Positions 47,358 through 61,150 of a DNA stretch of 64,000 bases are shown piece after piece. The DNA lies in assembly GCF_009914755.1 (NCBI RefSeq), contig NC_060926.1. One strand, written 5' to 3'. Numbering within the stretch: position 1 is the stretch's first letter; the number at the start of each line of letters is the position of its first letter. The position numbers and the translations under genes were made by a program. This DNA is from the human T2T-CHM13v2.0 reference genome, Homo sapiens. Below the pieces are notes generated by a model. It did not search any database and was not told the origin of the DNA. It saw only the letters and a program-made list of their open reading frames with translations.

Positions 47358-48848
47358 TGCAGATAATACAGATTTCTTAAAAGCACAGATAATTCATAAA
47401 TCTACGACAAAATAATAGCCTAGTTGAGTTGATTAACCTGGCATTATAACTTAAATGGTTCATGTTTAACAAAGGTCTTTGAATTTTCCTTTAGTGACCC
47501 TCCCCCATTTAATAACTTAAAAATCTTTATACAGGAGCTACTTTTTGCTGTTGTATTCTTAGAGATGTCATTGCTTTTTTAATAGATATGTTATTAAAAT
47601 ATGTTGTTTGATTACAGGATATATATCTATTAAAGATAAATTGGGAAATAAAAAGAGGAAAAAGAACAAAAAAAGAAACTAACAGTGCAGCATCCTAGAG
47701 ACTTTACTAACAACTTCTTCATTTATTTTCTGATTTAGGATACCCCAAACTGATACATTTTTATATCATCTTATTGAAGATACAATAAACTTCATAAATT
47801 TTACAGATATAAAATCCAAGGTGCATAGTGGCCTGTGACTTTCAAAGGATACTTGGGTAATAAATATTTAAGTCAAGTATTGACTCCAAAACCCATGCCA
47901 TTTATAAAATTACATATATACAAGTTTAAAATATTGTTAGAAGCTGACTTTTTACACAAAGCATTGTGGTGTTATTCAACAAAAGTTACTTAAATATTTA
48001 ATAGACTTTAGAATGGTTCTCTTATTAAAAGCACCTTACATTAGTATGGTACACTCATTATAATTAATGAAAAATATTAATGCACTATTATTAACTCAAG
48101 TTCATATTCATATTTCCTTAGTTTTTGCCTAACGTCCTTTTTTTGCTCCAGAGTGCTATTCAAAAGACCACATGACATTTGGTTTTCTGGTTTCCTTAGG
48201 ATCCTTATGACAGTGACAGTCTCTCAGACTTTCTTTGCTTTTGATGACCTTGACAAATGCGAAGAGTACTGGTCAGCTTCCTTACATGATGTTCCCCTAT
48301 AGAAACTTATCAGATGATTTTACTTCTCTGGTTAAAAATTATTATGTGTTATTGGAGAAAAAAACACAGAAATAGGTGCCATTTAAATTACATCATATCA
48401 AGGATACATACTATCCACATGTTGATTACTGTGGATGTTAACCTGACACCTCTCTGGGTAGTGGATGTCAGGCTTAGCCACTGTAAAGTCAATCTTCTTC
48501 TCTTGACCACTTTCCATACTGCAATGTTTGAAAGTAAGTCGCTATGCACATTCCACACTTAAAACAGTGGGGAGCTGTTTCCTCTGCTTGAGACTGGAAT
48601 ATCTACGTAAATTATGTGCACTTCTTCTGAACAAAATATTTATCTCCCTTCATCATAAATTAACTTATTTAGAGTATATTTATATGTATATGCTTATGTA
48701 TGTTTATTTTGTATTTTGGGTTATAATCCAACACTACTCCATTTTGTAATTCAAATTGTTCCAGTGGCCACAGAGGGCGCTTATGATTGGATCCTATGTG
48801 TCTTTTGACGATCACAATGAATGTATGTCATTATTGTTTTTTTCAGAC

Positions 48849-49725
48849 TGTAAAAAGGAGTTAAGTTCTTCTTCCAGGTTTCTTTTGGCTGAGCCTGAGA
48901 ATTAAATTGATATATGCTATGGTTTGAGTATGGTTTCCTCTCTCCAAAGCTCATGTTGAAATTTGATTGCCATTGTGGTGATGTTGTGAGGGGGGACCTT
49001 CAAGAGGTGATTAGGTCATTGAGAGGAATTGATGTCTTCTTTGAGGGAGTGGATTAATGATCGTGGGAGTGGGTAATTGTGAGAGCAGGTTGTTATGAAA
49101 GTAAGGTAGATTTTCTGTTTGTCTTTTCACACACATTTGCTTGTTCTTCCTCCTTTTTACCATGTTATGATGCAGCATGAGGCCCTTGCCAGATGCAACT
49201 GCCAGATCTTGAACTTTCCAGCCTCCAGAACCATGAGCTAGACAAAATTATTTTCTTTATAAATTACCCAGTCTCAGATATTCCATTAGTGCAACTGAAA
49301 ATGGATTAAGATAAGACCGAGCAACAGAAGAAAAGTATATAACTTTATTCAACAAGTTTTAAGTGGCACAGGAACCTTCGTAAAGAAATGAAGACCCAAA
49401 GAATTTAGACTTAGTTACTTATATACTGAATTAGACAAAGAGTAGTAAGTAGTAAAGAAACAATTAAATTATGTGAAAGAGGCTTGAAATATGAGAGTTC
49501 TAACAAGGTTTGTACAGAATTCCCTCAGTTTTGATTTATTGTCTTTGCAAATGAAGATATTCTCTCTCCTTCTAGTATGGGGAGAGTGTCTTTCATACAG
49601 AAATTTAATCCTCTACTTTTAAGAAAGAGAAAAGAGGTCAGAATGATCTGTTTGCACCTGCTGTTTTTCAAGTGCCTTTAATTCATAATAGTTAATATGC
49701 CAGGGTGGTATATTTCTAACTTTCA
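48849..49725 (-). mobile_element. MER34-family ERV1 solo LTR, split by an MST LTR
   Basis: Minus strand starts tgaaagttagaaatataccaccctggcatattaactattatgaattaaaggcacttgaaaaacagcagg; TG...CA termini. Confidence 0.65.
48915..49313 (+). mobile_element. MaLR solo LTR (MSTB/MSTC-like)
   Basis: tgctatggtttga...ccagcctccagaaccatgagc...aattacccagtctcag...atggattaagata. Confidence 0.85.
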
Positions 49726-50689
49726 TACCTTCTGGCACTACAAGATGTTCCAGACTCAGCTTGCATATTTTCTGCTCCAGTCCTAGAATTAGCCACTTCT
49801 CCAAGGAGTCCTGGTTTTATTACTGGAGAATAATATTAGAAACCAAGATTTAGGTCTTAGGTGTGCTCCTTGCTACTGCTATGTCATTGCTTCTAAGCCT
49901 TCTTAACTGACACTGCAAGAAAATATATGTGTATACTAACTTGTGTATATATATCTATAAATATTTTTTATAAACACGCAAAAGTACATACTGATGTCTC
50001 CAACTGAAATCTATTAACAAATAGATCTTTCTAGCCTCCTCCCCTTGCTTATCTTTAAAGTCTACTTCCATAACACGAAACCTAGCTCCCATCACCTGCC
50101 ATCTACTGAATTAAATGATGAATACCTGTATACTTGCATAGCAGTGCTATGATTGTTAACCTATGTACTCTGCAGAACAACCTTATAACCTAGATTAAGG
50201 AGCTTATGTGCAGTTCCTTTTACCTTTAGTCTTACAACCTCCACTGACGTCGTTAATTAGGTCAACAACTTTTCTTACTACCCACTTAAGTGAAGTTGTT
50301 TCATACATTAGTAATACAGTTAGATTCTTTTGTCAGTCTGCATTTCCTCCTGGGATCCTCAGCCTACCAAATGATTTTTTGAAATTTGTATACACTAAGG
50401 TTCCTTCTGAACTGAACATTCTATGGGTTTTGATATGAACAAAATGTCATGTATACAACATTATAGTATCACAGTAATTTGCACTGCCCTAAAGAGTCTC
50501 CAATGTTTCATTATTTTAACCCTCCTTCCTTCCCTTAACTCCTTGGAAATAACTGATAGACGTACCTTTAGTTTTGCATTTTTCATAATGTCATAGAATT
50601 GAAATTATACTGCATGCAACCTTTTTCCCTGGCTTATTTTATGTACACATGGCAAGGTATACTTTGGGTTCAGATTAAGATATTTTAGT

Positions 50690-52145
50690 ATTTATTTTGT
50701 TTGGTGTTCTCTGTACTTTCTAGATCTATGATATGGTAATTATCAATATTTTTTAGAAAATCCTCAGCTATTGTTATTTTAAATATTTCATTTGCTCTAT
50801 TCTCTCTTAATTCTTTTTTGGGGTATTTCAAGTATACGCATATTGCCACCTTTGAAATTCTTCCACATTGCTTGGATGATTTGTTCTGTTTTTATATACT
50901 TCTTTCTCTTTACATTGTATTATGGGAAGTTTCTGTTGACATATTCAAACTCACTGATTCTTTATTTGGCCTATCTGCTATTGAGACCATCAAAGGAATT
51001 TTTAAATTTCTGTTAATAGTATTTTGACTTTTGGCATTTTTTTTATTCTTTGAGGTTTCATTTTTTTCCCTAATTATCCGTGTGTTTTTCTACACTGTTT
51101 CATTTTTCTATTAGAAGCCTTAACATATTAATAGTAGTTGCTTTAAATTTCCTGTCTGATTATTCTAAAATCAGTGATCTGTATTATATATAAATCTGGT
51201 TTTGATGCTTGCTGTGTTTCTTCAGACTATTATTTTTCTTTCCTTTTAGCATGATTTGTAATTTTTGTAAATAGGAAACATAACGTATTGGGTAATAGAA
51301 ACTAAGTGAGGTTTTATTTTCCTAGGAGATAGGTTTTTGCCTAATGTTTTAATAAATAGAGGTACCAGAGGCTTCTGATTTTTCCTGCATCTTGTTTTTG
51401 TCTCTTTAACAGTCAGTTTCTTGCAGCTCTTCCAGCTATTATGATACAAGAGTCCTGTTGATGTGATGTAACGTATGAGTGAGGTAAAGCGTTCTGTATC
51501 CTAAAGTTAAGTCTCAATCTTTTAGTTGGCTTATTTCACTGGGTTGCAACCTTTACAAGTGTTTCTCAGCTTTCTCTTCACTTACTCTGGTGAAAGAGTA
51601 AAGCTAGAAGGAGTTCAAATTGGGTAAATGTATTTCTTCATAGTTAGGATAAGGCTTTGGTAAATTCTTGGTTCCAAGGGAGTAGGCATTTGTTATGGAA
51701 AATTCTCTGGGTGTATTTTAAAATGGTTGTTCCACCATTCCCCTGCCAGAGCTCTGGGAGAAACCTTCTTGGCTCTTAACAATGACATCTTGGAAAATTT
51801 CTGGATGTAAAACCAGAACACTTTTAAGACTTCAGCCAGTTGGACATTTTCACTCTCAGGTTAGTCCATACTCCATCTCCAGCAAGTGATCAAAATGCCC
51901 AATAAAATGCTCCTACCATTGTATGTCTCCATCAGTTGAGGCTTCTTATAAATAGATTTCTACTATGATTCTGTGTATTCACCTGCTACCTCTGATTCTG
52001 GGTTGGTTGTATCCAGTGTTACTTCTGTTCTCTGAAGTGTTCCAGAAAAGTTATTAATTTTCAGTTTGATTGCTTTTTTATTATTTTAAAGGAAGAGCTC
52101 AACAGCTTCCAAGATTTTTGCTCATCAGTGCTGAAACTGTGTATT
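50690..52145 (-). mobile_element. Old L1M 5'-region antisense fragments
   Basis: tttggtgttctctg..., tattcaaactcactgattctt and ttaaatttcctgtctgattattc are L1M-like motifs. Confidence 0.6.
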
Positions 52146-52795
52146 TCCACACATTTTTAATTTTTTTCTTTCATCAAAATAATTAATGCAGGACATCTTG
52201 GGGGTGGGGGGGTCCTTATTAAAGACCTGGTAGAAAATAAGTCAACCCTCTCTATCTATACTGTGGATGTCTTTTCTAAATAAAGAAAAACAAAAGTCTG
52301 TAAGAGATTGTGTGGTAACAGAAGTTTCAAATCTGTAGATTTTTGTCTCATACTTCTTCTAAGCCACTCTACCCATCCAGTATTATTTTAGAACACTTGA
52401 CTTTCAGTAATACCCTATGCAGTGAACAAATAGCTTAGAATTCCTTAGACATTCTTGGAATTTTAATGATTGCACTTCTTTGATTATATTTGCTCAACAC
52501 AGCATGCACTTTTATTTTTTTCTTCTGTCAAAATTCTTCTTTTGTATTCAGTCTAAATCTTGTTTCCTCTCATCTTCTCATCAGAAACAATTCCTTGTTT
52601 TTTCCACACTCCAATTGGACCTGAATTTCCTTTTGCCTCCTTATGCAAATGCTTGCATATTCTGTCATGGTAATTAGCATCTATGTGTCTTGAGACCTGT
52701 ACCTACTACTTTATTCAGAAGAACGTTTGTAAAGCAGACCCTCAACAAATGACTGTTGAAAAAGGAAATGAATAAATCAATACAATATATGAATA

Positions 52796-55700
52796 AAGAG
52801 CCATTTCCCTTGAGAAGTGGAACAAGACAAGGATGTCCACTCTTACCACTTCTATTTAATTTAGTACTGGATGTCTTCATCAGAGCAGTCAGGCAAGAGA
52901 AAGAAATAAAATGCATCCGGACAGGAGGGAAGAAGTCAAATTATCTCTCTTTGCTGAAGATATGATTCTATAGTTAGAAAATCCTAAAGAATCTGCAAAA
53001 AGGCTCCTAGAACTGATAAATGACTTTAGTAAAGTTTCAAGATACAAAATCAATGTATAAAAAATCAGCAGCATTTCTATATACCAACTGATATGATTTG
53101 GATTTGTGTCCCCACCTAATTCACAAATTGTAGTCCCTAATGTTGGCGGAGAAGTCTGGTGGGAGGTAACTGGATTATGGGGGTGGATTTCCCCTTGCTG
53201 TTCTTCTTGTGATACTGAGTGAGTTCTCATGAGAATGTTTAAAAGTATGTAGTACCTCCCTCTTCTCTCTTCCTCTTATTCCACATAAGATGTGAATGCT
53301 TCTACTTCGCTTTCCACCATGATTGTAAGTTTTCTGAGGCCTCCAGAGCCATGCTTCCTATACAGCCTAGAAAGCTGTGAACAAATTAAATGTTTTTTTT
53401 TTTTAAACAAATTACCCAGTTTCAGGTATTTCTTTAGAGCAGTGACAGAACAGACTAATACAGAAAATTGGTACCTATGAATAGTACCAATTAATAGGCA
53501 TTCCTATAAAGGTACCTGAATATGTGGAAACGACTTTGGAACTGGGTAATAAGCAGAGGTTGGAACAGTTTGGAGAGCTCAGAAGAAGACAGCACGATAA
53601 GGGAAAGTTTGGAATGTCCTAGAAACTTGTTAGATTACTGTGGCCAAAATACTTACAGTGATATGGACAATAAAGTACAGGCTGAGGTTTTCTTAGATGG
53701 AGATGAGGAACTTATTGGAAACTGGAGCAAAGGTCACTTTGTTATGCTTTAGCAAACAGATTGGAGGCATTGTGTCCCTGCTCTAGGGATCTGTGGAAAA
53801 CTAAACTTGAGGAAGATGATTTAGGGTATCTTGTGGAAGAAATTTCTACACAGCTAATTGTTCAAAACGGGGCCTAGCTGTTTCTAACTACCTATGCTCA
53901 TATGCCTGAGCAAAGAGATGATTTGAAACTGGAACTCATATTTAAAAGGGAAGCAGAGCATAAAAGTTTGGAAAATTTGCATCCTAACCATGTAGTAGAA
54001 AAGAAAAACCCATTTTCTGGGGAATAATTCAAATTGGCTGCAGATATTTTAATAAGTAAAGAGAATCTGAATGTTAGTAGTCATGACAGTGGGAAAAACG
54101 CCTCAAAGGTATTTGAGAAACTTTCGTGTCAGCCCCTCCCATTATAGGCCTGGAGGCCTAGGAAGGAATAATGGTTTCCTGAGTCCAGCCCAGGGCCCTG
54201 CTGCCCTGGACAACCTCGAAACACTGCTTCCTGCATCCCATCCACTCCAGCTCCCGCTGTGGCTAAAAGGGCCTCAGATATGTCTCAGGCCACTGCTCTA
54301 GAGTGTGCAAGCTGTAAGCCTTTGTGGCTTCCATGTGGTATCAAGCCTGCGGGTGCACAGAGGGCAAGAGTTGAGGCTTGGAAGCCTCCTCCTAGATTTA
54401 AGAAGACGTATGGAAACACAAGTATGGATGTCCAGGCAGAAGTCTGTTGCAGGGACAGAGCCCTCATGGAGAACCTCTGCTATGGTAGTGCAAAGGGGAA
54501 ATGTGGGGTTGGAGGCCCCACACAGAGTCCCCACTGGGGCACTGCCTAGTGGAGCTGTAAGAAGAGGGCCACTGCCCTCCAGACCCCAGAATGATAGATC
54601 CACTGACAGTTTATACTGTGCAACTGGAAAAGCTTCAGGCACTCAATCCAATCCTGTGAAAGCACTGCAGGGTCTGTACCCTACAAAAGCCACAGAGGCA
54701 GTGCTGCCTGGGGCCTTGGGAGCCCACTTCTTGCATCAGTATGGCCTAGATGTAAGATATGGAGTCAGAGGAGATTACCTTGGAGCTTTAAGATTTAATA
54801 ACTGCCCTGCTGGGTTTTGGAATTGCATGGGGACTGTAGCCCCTTTGTTTTGGCCTAGTTCTTCCTTTGGGAACAGTAGTACCCAATGCCTGTAACGTCA
54901 TTATATCTTGGAAGTAACTAACTTGTATTTGATTTTACAGACCCATAGGCAGAAGGGACTTGCCTTGTCTCAGAAAAGATTTTGGACTTGGACTTTTGAG
55001 TTAATGCTGAAATGAGTTAAGACTTTTGGGGGACTGTTGAGAAGGAATGATTATATTTTACAATCTGAGAAGGACATGAGATTTGGGAGGAGCCAGGGGT
55101 GGACTTATAAAGCTTGGATCTGTATTACCACCCAAATCTAATGTAAGACTGTCATCCTCAATATCAGAGGAGGGCCTGGTGGGAGGTAATGAGATCATGG
55201 GGGAGGATTTCCCCTTTGCTGTTCTTGTGATAGTAGTACTCAATAAGATCTGTTTGTTCAAAATTGTGTGACACCTCGCCCCTCTTTCTTTTCCTCCAAT
55301 TTCAGCCATATAAGATATGCCTGCTTCCCTTTCACTTTCTGCCATGATTGTAAGTTTACTAAGGTCTCCCCAGCCATGCTTTCTGTACAGCCTACAGAAC
55401 CATGAGTCAACTAAAGCTCTTTTCTTTATAAATTACCCAGTTTCAGGTATTTCTTTATAGTACTGCAACAACAAACTAATATACCAACAAAGTTCAGGCT
55501 GAGAGTGAAATCAAGAATGCAGTTTCACAATTGCCACAAAGGAAATGAAATACATAGGAATACAGCTAACCAAGGAGGTGAAAGATGTCCACAAGGAGAA
55601 CTATAAAATGCTGCTGAAAGACATCAGAGATGACACAAATAAATAGTAAGATAATTTCATGCAAGTGGAAGAATCAATATCGCAAAAATGGCCATATTGC

Positions 55701-57262
55701 TCAAAGCAGTGCACAGACTCAATTTTTTTTTTTTACCAAAATACCAACATCATTCTTCACAGAAGGAGAAAAACATATTCTAAAATTCATATGGAACCAA
55801 AAAAGAGCCCAAATGGCCAAAGGAATCCTAAGCAAAATGAACAAAGCTGGAGGCATTACATTACCCAACTTCAAACTATACTATAAAGCCACAGTAACCA
55901 ATATAGGCTGGTAATGGTACAAAATTAGACACATTGACCAGTTGAACAGAATAGAAAACTCAGACATAAAGTTGAACACCTACAGCCATCTGATATTTGA
56001 CAAGGCCAACAACAAGCAATGGAGAAAGGGCTCTCTATTCCATAAATTGTGCTGGGATAACTGGCTTGCCATACACAGCAGATTAAAACTGGACCTCTGC
56101 ATTTCACCACATAAAAAATTAACTCAAAATGGATCAAACATTTCAATGTAAGACCTGAAACTATAGCAATCCTGGAAGACAATCTCAGAAATACTCTTTT
56201 AGACATTGGCCTTGGCAAAGGATTTTTGGCTAAATCCCCGAAAGCAATTGCAATAAAAACAAAAATAGACAAGCTGGTGATAATTAAAATAAAGAGCTTC
56301 TACACAACAAAATAAACTAGCAAAAGAGTAAACAGACAACCTACAGAATGGGAGAAGATATTTGCAAACTCTGGCATTCCACAAAGGCCTAATATCCAGA
56401 ATCCATAGGGAATTTAAACCAACAAGCAAAAAACAAATAACCCCACTAAAAAATGGGCAAAGGACAGGAACATACACTTCTCAAAAGAAGACACAGTAGT
56501 GGCCAACATGCATATGAAGATATGCTCAGCACCACTAATTATCAGAAAAATGCAAATCAAAACTACAATGAGAGACCATCTCACAGCAGTCAGAATGACT
56601 GTTATTAAGTCAGAAAACAACAGGTGTTGGAGAGACTGCAGAGAAAAGGGAAGACTTAAACACTGTTGGTGAGAATGTAAATTAGTTCAGCCAGTGTGGG
56701 AAGCAGTCTGGAGATTTCTCATAAAACTTAAAACAGGGCTACCATTCGACCCAGCAATCCCATTGCTGGTATATATCCAAAGGAAAACGAATTCTTCTAT
56801 AAAGAAGACACATGTACTCATCTGTTCATCACAGCACTATCCACAAGAGCAAAGACATGGAATCAACTAGCTTCCCATCAATTATAGATTATATGAAGAA
56901 AATGTGGTACATATACACTATGGAATACTGGGTAACCATACAAAAAAAGGATAACATCATGCCATTTGCAGCAACATAGATGGAGCTAATGCAGGAACAG
57001 AAAATTGAATAGTGCATATTCTCACACATAAGTGGGGCAAAACATTGAGCACACATGTACATAAAGATGGGAACAATAGATACTGTGGACTACTAAGAGG
57101 GAAGGAGGGTGTGGGAAGGGCTGAAAAAGTACCTATTGAGTACTATGCTCACTACCTGGGCAATGGGATCTGTAACCCCAAACCTCAGAATCATGCAACA
57201 TTTCCATGTAACCAATCTGAACATGTACCCTCTTTATCTAAAATAAAAGTTGGAATTTTAAG
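52796..57262 (+). mobile_element. 5'-truncated L1PA15/16, interrupted by the MSTA provirus
   Basis: [24 protein letters not shown]; 3' UTR gagtactatgctcactacctggg...ccaaacctcag...ctaaaataaaagttgga. Confidence 0.88.
53089..55483 (+). mobile_element. Full MSTA MaLR element: 5' LTR 53089-53462, internal region, 3' LTR ~55105-55483
   Basis: Two LTRs; PPT gggaggagccaggggtgga before the 3' LTR; 5-bp TSD ccaac at 53084-53088 / 55484-55488. Confidence 0.93.
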
Positions 57263-57554
57263 AAAACAATGGAATAAAATGAAGAAAAAATAGGGGCTGA
57301 ACACTGCAGAAATATAAATAATTCTGAGTTATATAGAGTGTGGATATATTGCCTGGGTGAAGTCTTCCTTTTTACCTCCCTTTTTCTAGAATATAGTACC
57401 TACTCGTCATGATTCACATGCCATTTTATGTTCTTTTCTTTCAGCATGTAGTTAGAGATTTTGGTCTCAGGCCTGATTTTTTTCTTAGAACACATTAATC
57501 TATTTTACCTTTGAAAAAATTTCTAATACAATTTTTAACCAATAGATACCATAT

Positions 57555-57920
57555 TAGTCAAGCTATGCTAAAGTGACAGCCCTCATATGTAAATGTCATA
57601 CATAAACCAAGGTTTATTTTTGCTCCCTAATAAGGGTCTGTTCTGTGCTGCCTATGAATGTTGCTTACACATCATTATCCTCACTCCAGGGACCCTAAGG
57701 GACATAATAGCCACCAGTTAGAACATTGTGGTGACTATGACAGAGAAAAAGAAAACCTGTAGAAGGACACACTGGCTCTTAAAGATTCTTGTTAAAAGGG
57801 ACAAATATCTATTTTCCAAACCCTTAAATTTTGGCAAGAAAAATCACATGGTAACCTGCTTGCAACAGGATAGGGAGGGAGAGGAATAAAATATTTTCAA
57901 AAAGTAATATAATCTAACAT
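57555..57920 (-). mobile_element. MLT1J/K-like ancient MaLR LTR
   Basis: ctcactccaggga...acacactggctcttaaag...ttggcaagaaaaatcacatgg. Confidence 0.6.
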
Positions 57921-59774
57921 GGGTAAATTAAAATTCAGGAGAATAATTTGTACATGTTCTTTGTAATGAAGGTAAGCCAAATGAATGATTTCCTCAGGAG
58001 ATTGTTTCTACATCAAAGGAAAATAAATGCAAATGCTTGTATTCGAAAGGCACCACACCTGGCTCTCAAATGAGATTCTGTCACTTCTTTTCAGTAGCAG
58101 GTGAATACAAAATTTGGCAGCTTTTTATTTTGCAAAACAGATAATGTTCTGGAAAGTTACATTCATATTGTATAAAAATAATAATGGCTTCTGATCTTTA
58201 CAAAGACCCTGATTGCTATTGTAGTAAGGAATACGATGCAGAAAAGAAAGTTTTGCAGCCTTTCATGGATTACTTTATTTAGGGCCTAACAAATACAGAT
58301 AATTGACATTACATTTGCTTTTACATCTGATTGTTATAACTGTAAACCTCACTTAAAATACAGAACTTTTTATGCTTGTATATAAAAGAGCAAAACCAGC
58401 AAACCTCAGTAAATAGAAGTCTTTCTATTTTTAGACTTCAATGCTTTTATGTTATTGATTAAAGAGTTTCTTAAATTGGCTACACAAGAAAAATAGCTAT
58501 TGAAGGAAGAGGGACAACATATATGAGTCTAAATGCTAGTATCTATTTTGCTTTTCTAAGAACTCTGAACCATTAGTCATTGCCTTGTCTCCAGTATCTT
58601 CTTATCTTTATTGTCTTCTCTTCCATTCTTGCACAGGACACAAGAACATCTACTATGCACCCTACTTGTTTTACAAGTGTACAGTGGTTGGGTACTCTGC
58701 CATATCTCAGCTTTTCAGTCCTGACTTCACTGTTTCCTGCCAACTGCATGCCCTGTACTACCTATCCATAGCCTTCCAAATCAATTCTCAGTGGGTTCTC
58801 AGTACAATTGCCTCTAAGCCAAATGGCAAAGTCAATAACCACTGCAGAACATTATTTATTATTTTGCTCATAATATCAAAACCATGTCACCAGTAATTCC
58901 ATCACACTTCTTGGATTTTTCCACCACCACAGTTATTTGAAAGAAAAAAAGTCATTTCCCAAGTTTTATTCAGCTTTTAAAATGCAAACATATTATGTGA
59001 ATGATAAGTGTCTTAAGCACGTCATGCTACCAAGAAGGTTTGACCAGGTGGTACCTAAAGTTCCTGAGGACAAAACATCGAAGTTGGGATTAAATGAATG
59101 TATCCCCACATTACTTGAGTGCAACAACTGTACTCCAATTTTCTCTATATTCTTAAAGCCTGCCACAAAATAAGCATTCAATAACTGTTAGTTAGCTATT
59201 TTATCTTTGGAAACTCAGATTTTGTATACGTTAGCATACTTGATTCTCATGAACAAAAACCCAGTCCTTGTTTCATGTTATTGTCCTATAAGGAAATAGA
59301 AAAACAAGTGTGAATATAATGGAATAAATAGGTAATATATTGATATTGATCAATTGGTCAACAATAGTTAATATACTGATGTTGATCAATTGGACAATTG
59401 GCCTAAGTGGGCAACAAATATTTAGAAAATGTTTCTCTAAAGTTGTTATAGAGATGTGCAAACTATAGAATTAAGCACATCTCAAAGCCTTTTTATAGTA
59501 GAAAAATGACAAATAAAAGCAGTGTTCTGGACAGACGGTAAAGGCTGTGCCTAAACATTTCTATTACTGGAGGGTTACAAATGGCCTGAGACCACTGAAC
59601 TCAACATGCCTTCATTGTAAACATGTGCCTTTTTCTCCAGAAAATTCACACTATTAAGTTACAATTGTTCAAATGTTAAAGACATGAAGTTCCTTGTTTT
59701 AAAATATAGATTTTATTTTATTCAGATATGGAGATACCAATGGATAAGGAGAGGATTACCATTAAATGATTCTT

Positions 59775-59982
59775 TACTGCCTCCAGTTCCCGAGTTCAAG
59801 TGATGCTCCTGCCTCAGCCTCTCGAGTAGCAGGAATTACAGGCACCCACCACCACGCCCAGCTAAGTAGAGATGGGGTTTCATTATTTTGGCTAGGCTGG
59901 TCTCAAACTCCTGACCTCATGATCTGCCAGCCTAGGCCTCCCAAAGTGCTGAGATTACAGGCATGAGCCACTGCACCCAGCC
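59775..59982 (-). mobile_element. 3'-truncated AluS lacking the poly(A) tail and central A-linker
   Basis: Begins mid right arm (ttcccgagttcaagtgat); cagctaa joined directly to gtagagatgg; aaatgat on both flanks. Confidence 0.88.
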
Positions 59983-61150
59983 CAAATGATACAAACTTTT
60001 TAAGTCCTTGAATGTTCTTAATTAACTTGATATGGGAATTCTTTTTGACTGAGTTGTTATCTACCATCACAGTGAGTGGAGAAAGAATGCAATTCAGTGT
60101 TGTTTATAGCTATCTTGGTCCCTAAACATTCCAGAAGTTGATAATCATATTGATCACAGGCAAAACACTCTGAGAACTCTATGGAGGAAACGGTCCTTTA
60201 GTCTTGGTGTTTGTTACCTCTGGCTCTTATAGATATTACACCCTCTGTCACATATTTCAGTTTTATCCTTCCTTAGTTGCCTTTGTTTAAGAAAACAGAA
60301 ATTCCCTGTCCTATGGCTTACTGAATTGCATTTGTTTATAGCCATGTAATGTTCATTTGCTACTTTGGTAATTGCCTGGATGATAAAAACTTTAATGGAG
60401 GGTGAAGTATTTGGTAATTGTTGCATCTTTCATTCAAGTCTTGAGAATTCCTGTTGGATAACCTTATAAAGTAAGTAAATACAGGAAAACCAAAAGGCAA
60501 GATGGGTATTTAACAAGTTCATTTGAACTTTATTTTCCAAGTAATAACGTTGTTGCCAAAGACATTCAAAAGACCCTCTTAGGAAGTTTAGTGAACACAT
60601 ATGAGAAAACTTACATTTTCCCCATAAGGAAATGAGACATTTTGCTTGTAAAATCAAAATTATAATACCTTGTAATGAACTACTACACAGGTGTAGTTCC
60701 TTATGACAACAAAATTATAATTATAGGCAAACAGCTGGGTGCATTCTGACTTGGTTCATTGTTTTTGTCTAAGAGATGTTTTAAGGAATAAAGGGAAAAC
60801 AACAATGCTTTATTTTTTTCTTTAGCATCTTAGGATGGTTTTTTAAAAAATGTGATACAACTCAAAACAATATTCCAATGAACACTTTACCTAAAAGAAA
60901 ATTAATTGAGCTAGAGAATGAGCTTTACATCAATTAGAAAAATTAATCTTTAAAAATACTTACCACCTTTTAAATAATAATAAGATAACAGTCATCATTT
61001 GTCCAAAGCCAAATTGTTCTATTTTTCAAACTTAGGAGATAATATGAGGCTGTATTTTATCAAACTATTTTAGAGGCAAAATGAAAAATTTAATTTAATT
61101 CTCTAATATGGTTTGTGACTAAATGAAGAGTCTGTTTTTTTATGAGTAAC

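Larger units (their letters stand above)
48005..50650 (-). mobile_element. L1MD/L1MC-type 3' end, host of nested LTRs
   Basis: acattagtatggtacac...gatgaccttgaca; resumes with ttctggcactacaagatg at ~49730. Confidence 0.78.

Noticed and set aside
48764-48783. CTCF-like motif gtggccacagagggcgctta
   Set aside because: The 5' half of the core is out of register and it sits in a decayed L1; unsupported without ChIP data
54305-54895. 196-aa ORF
   Set aside because: Lies in the MSTA internal region; a degenerate MaLR remnant starting at a non-ATG codon
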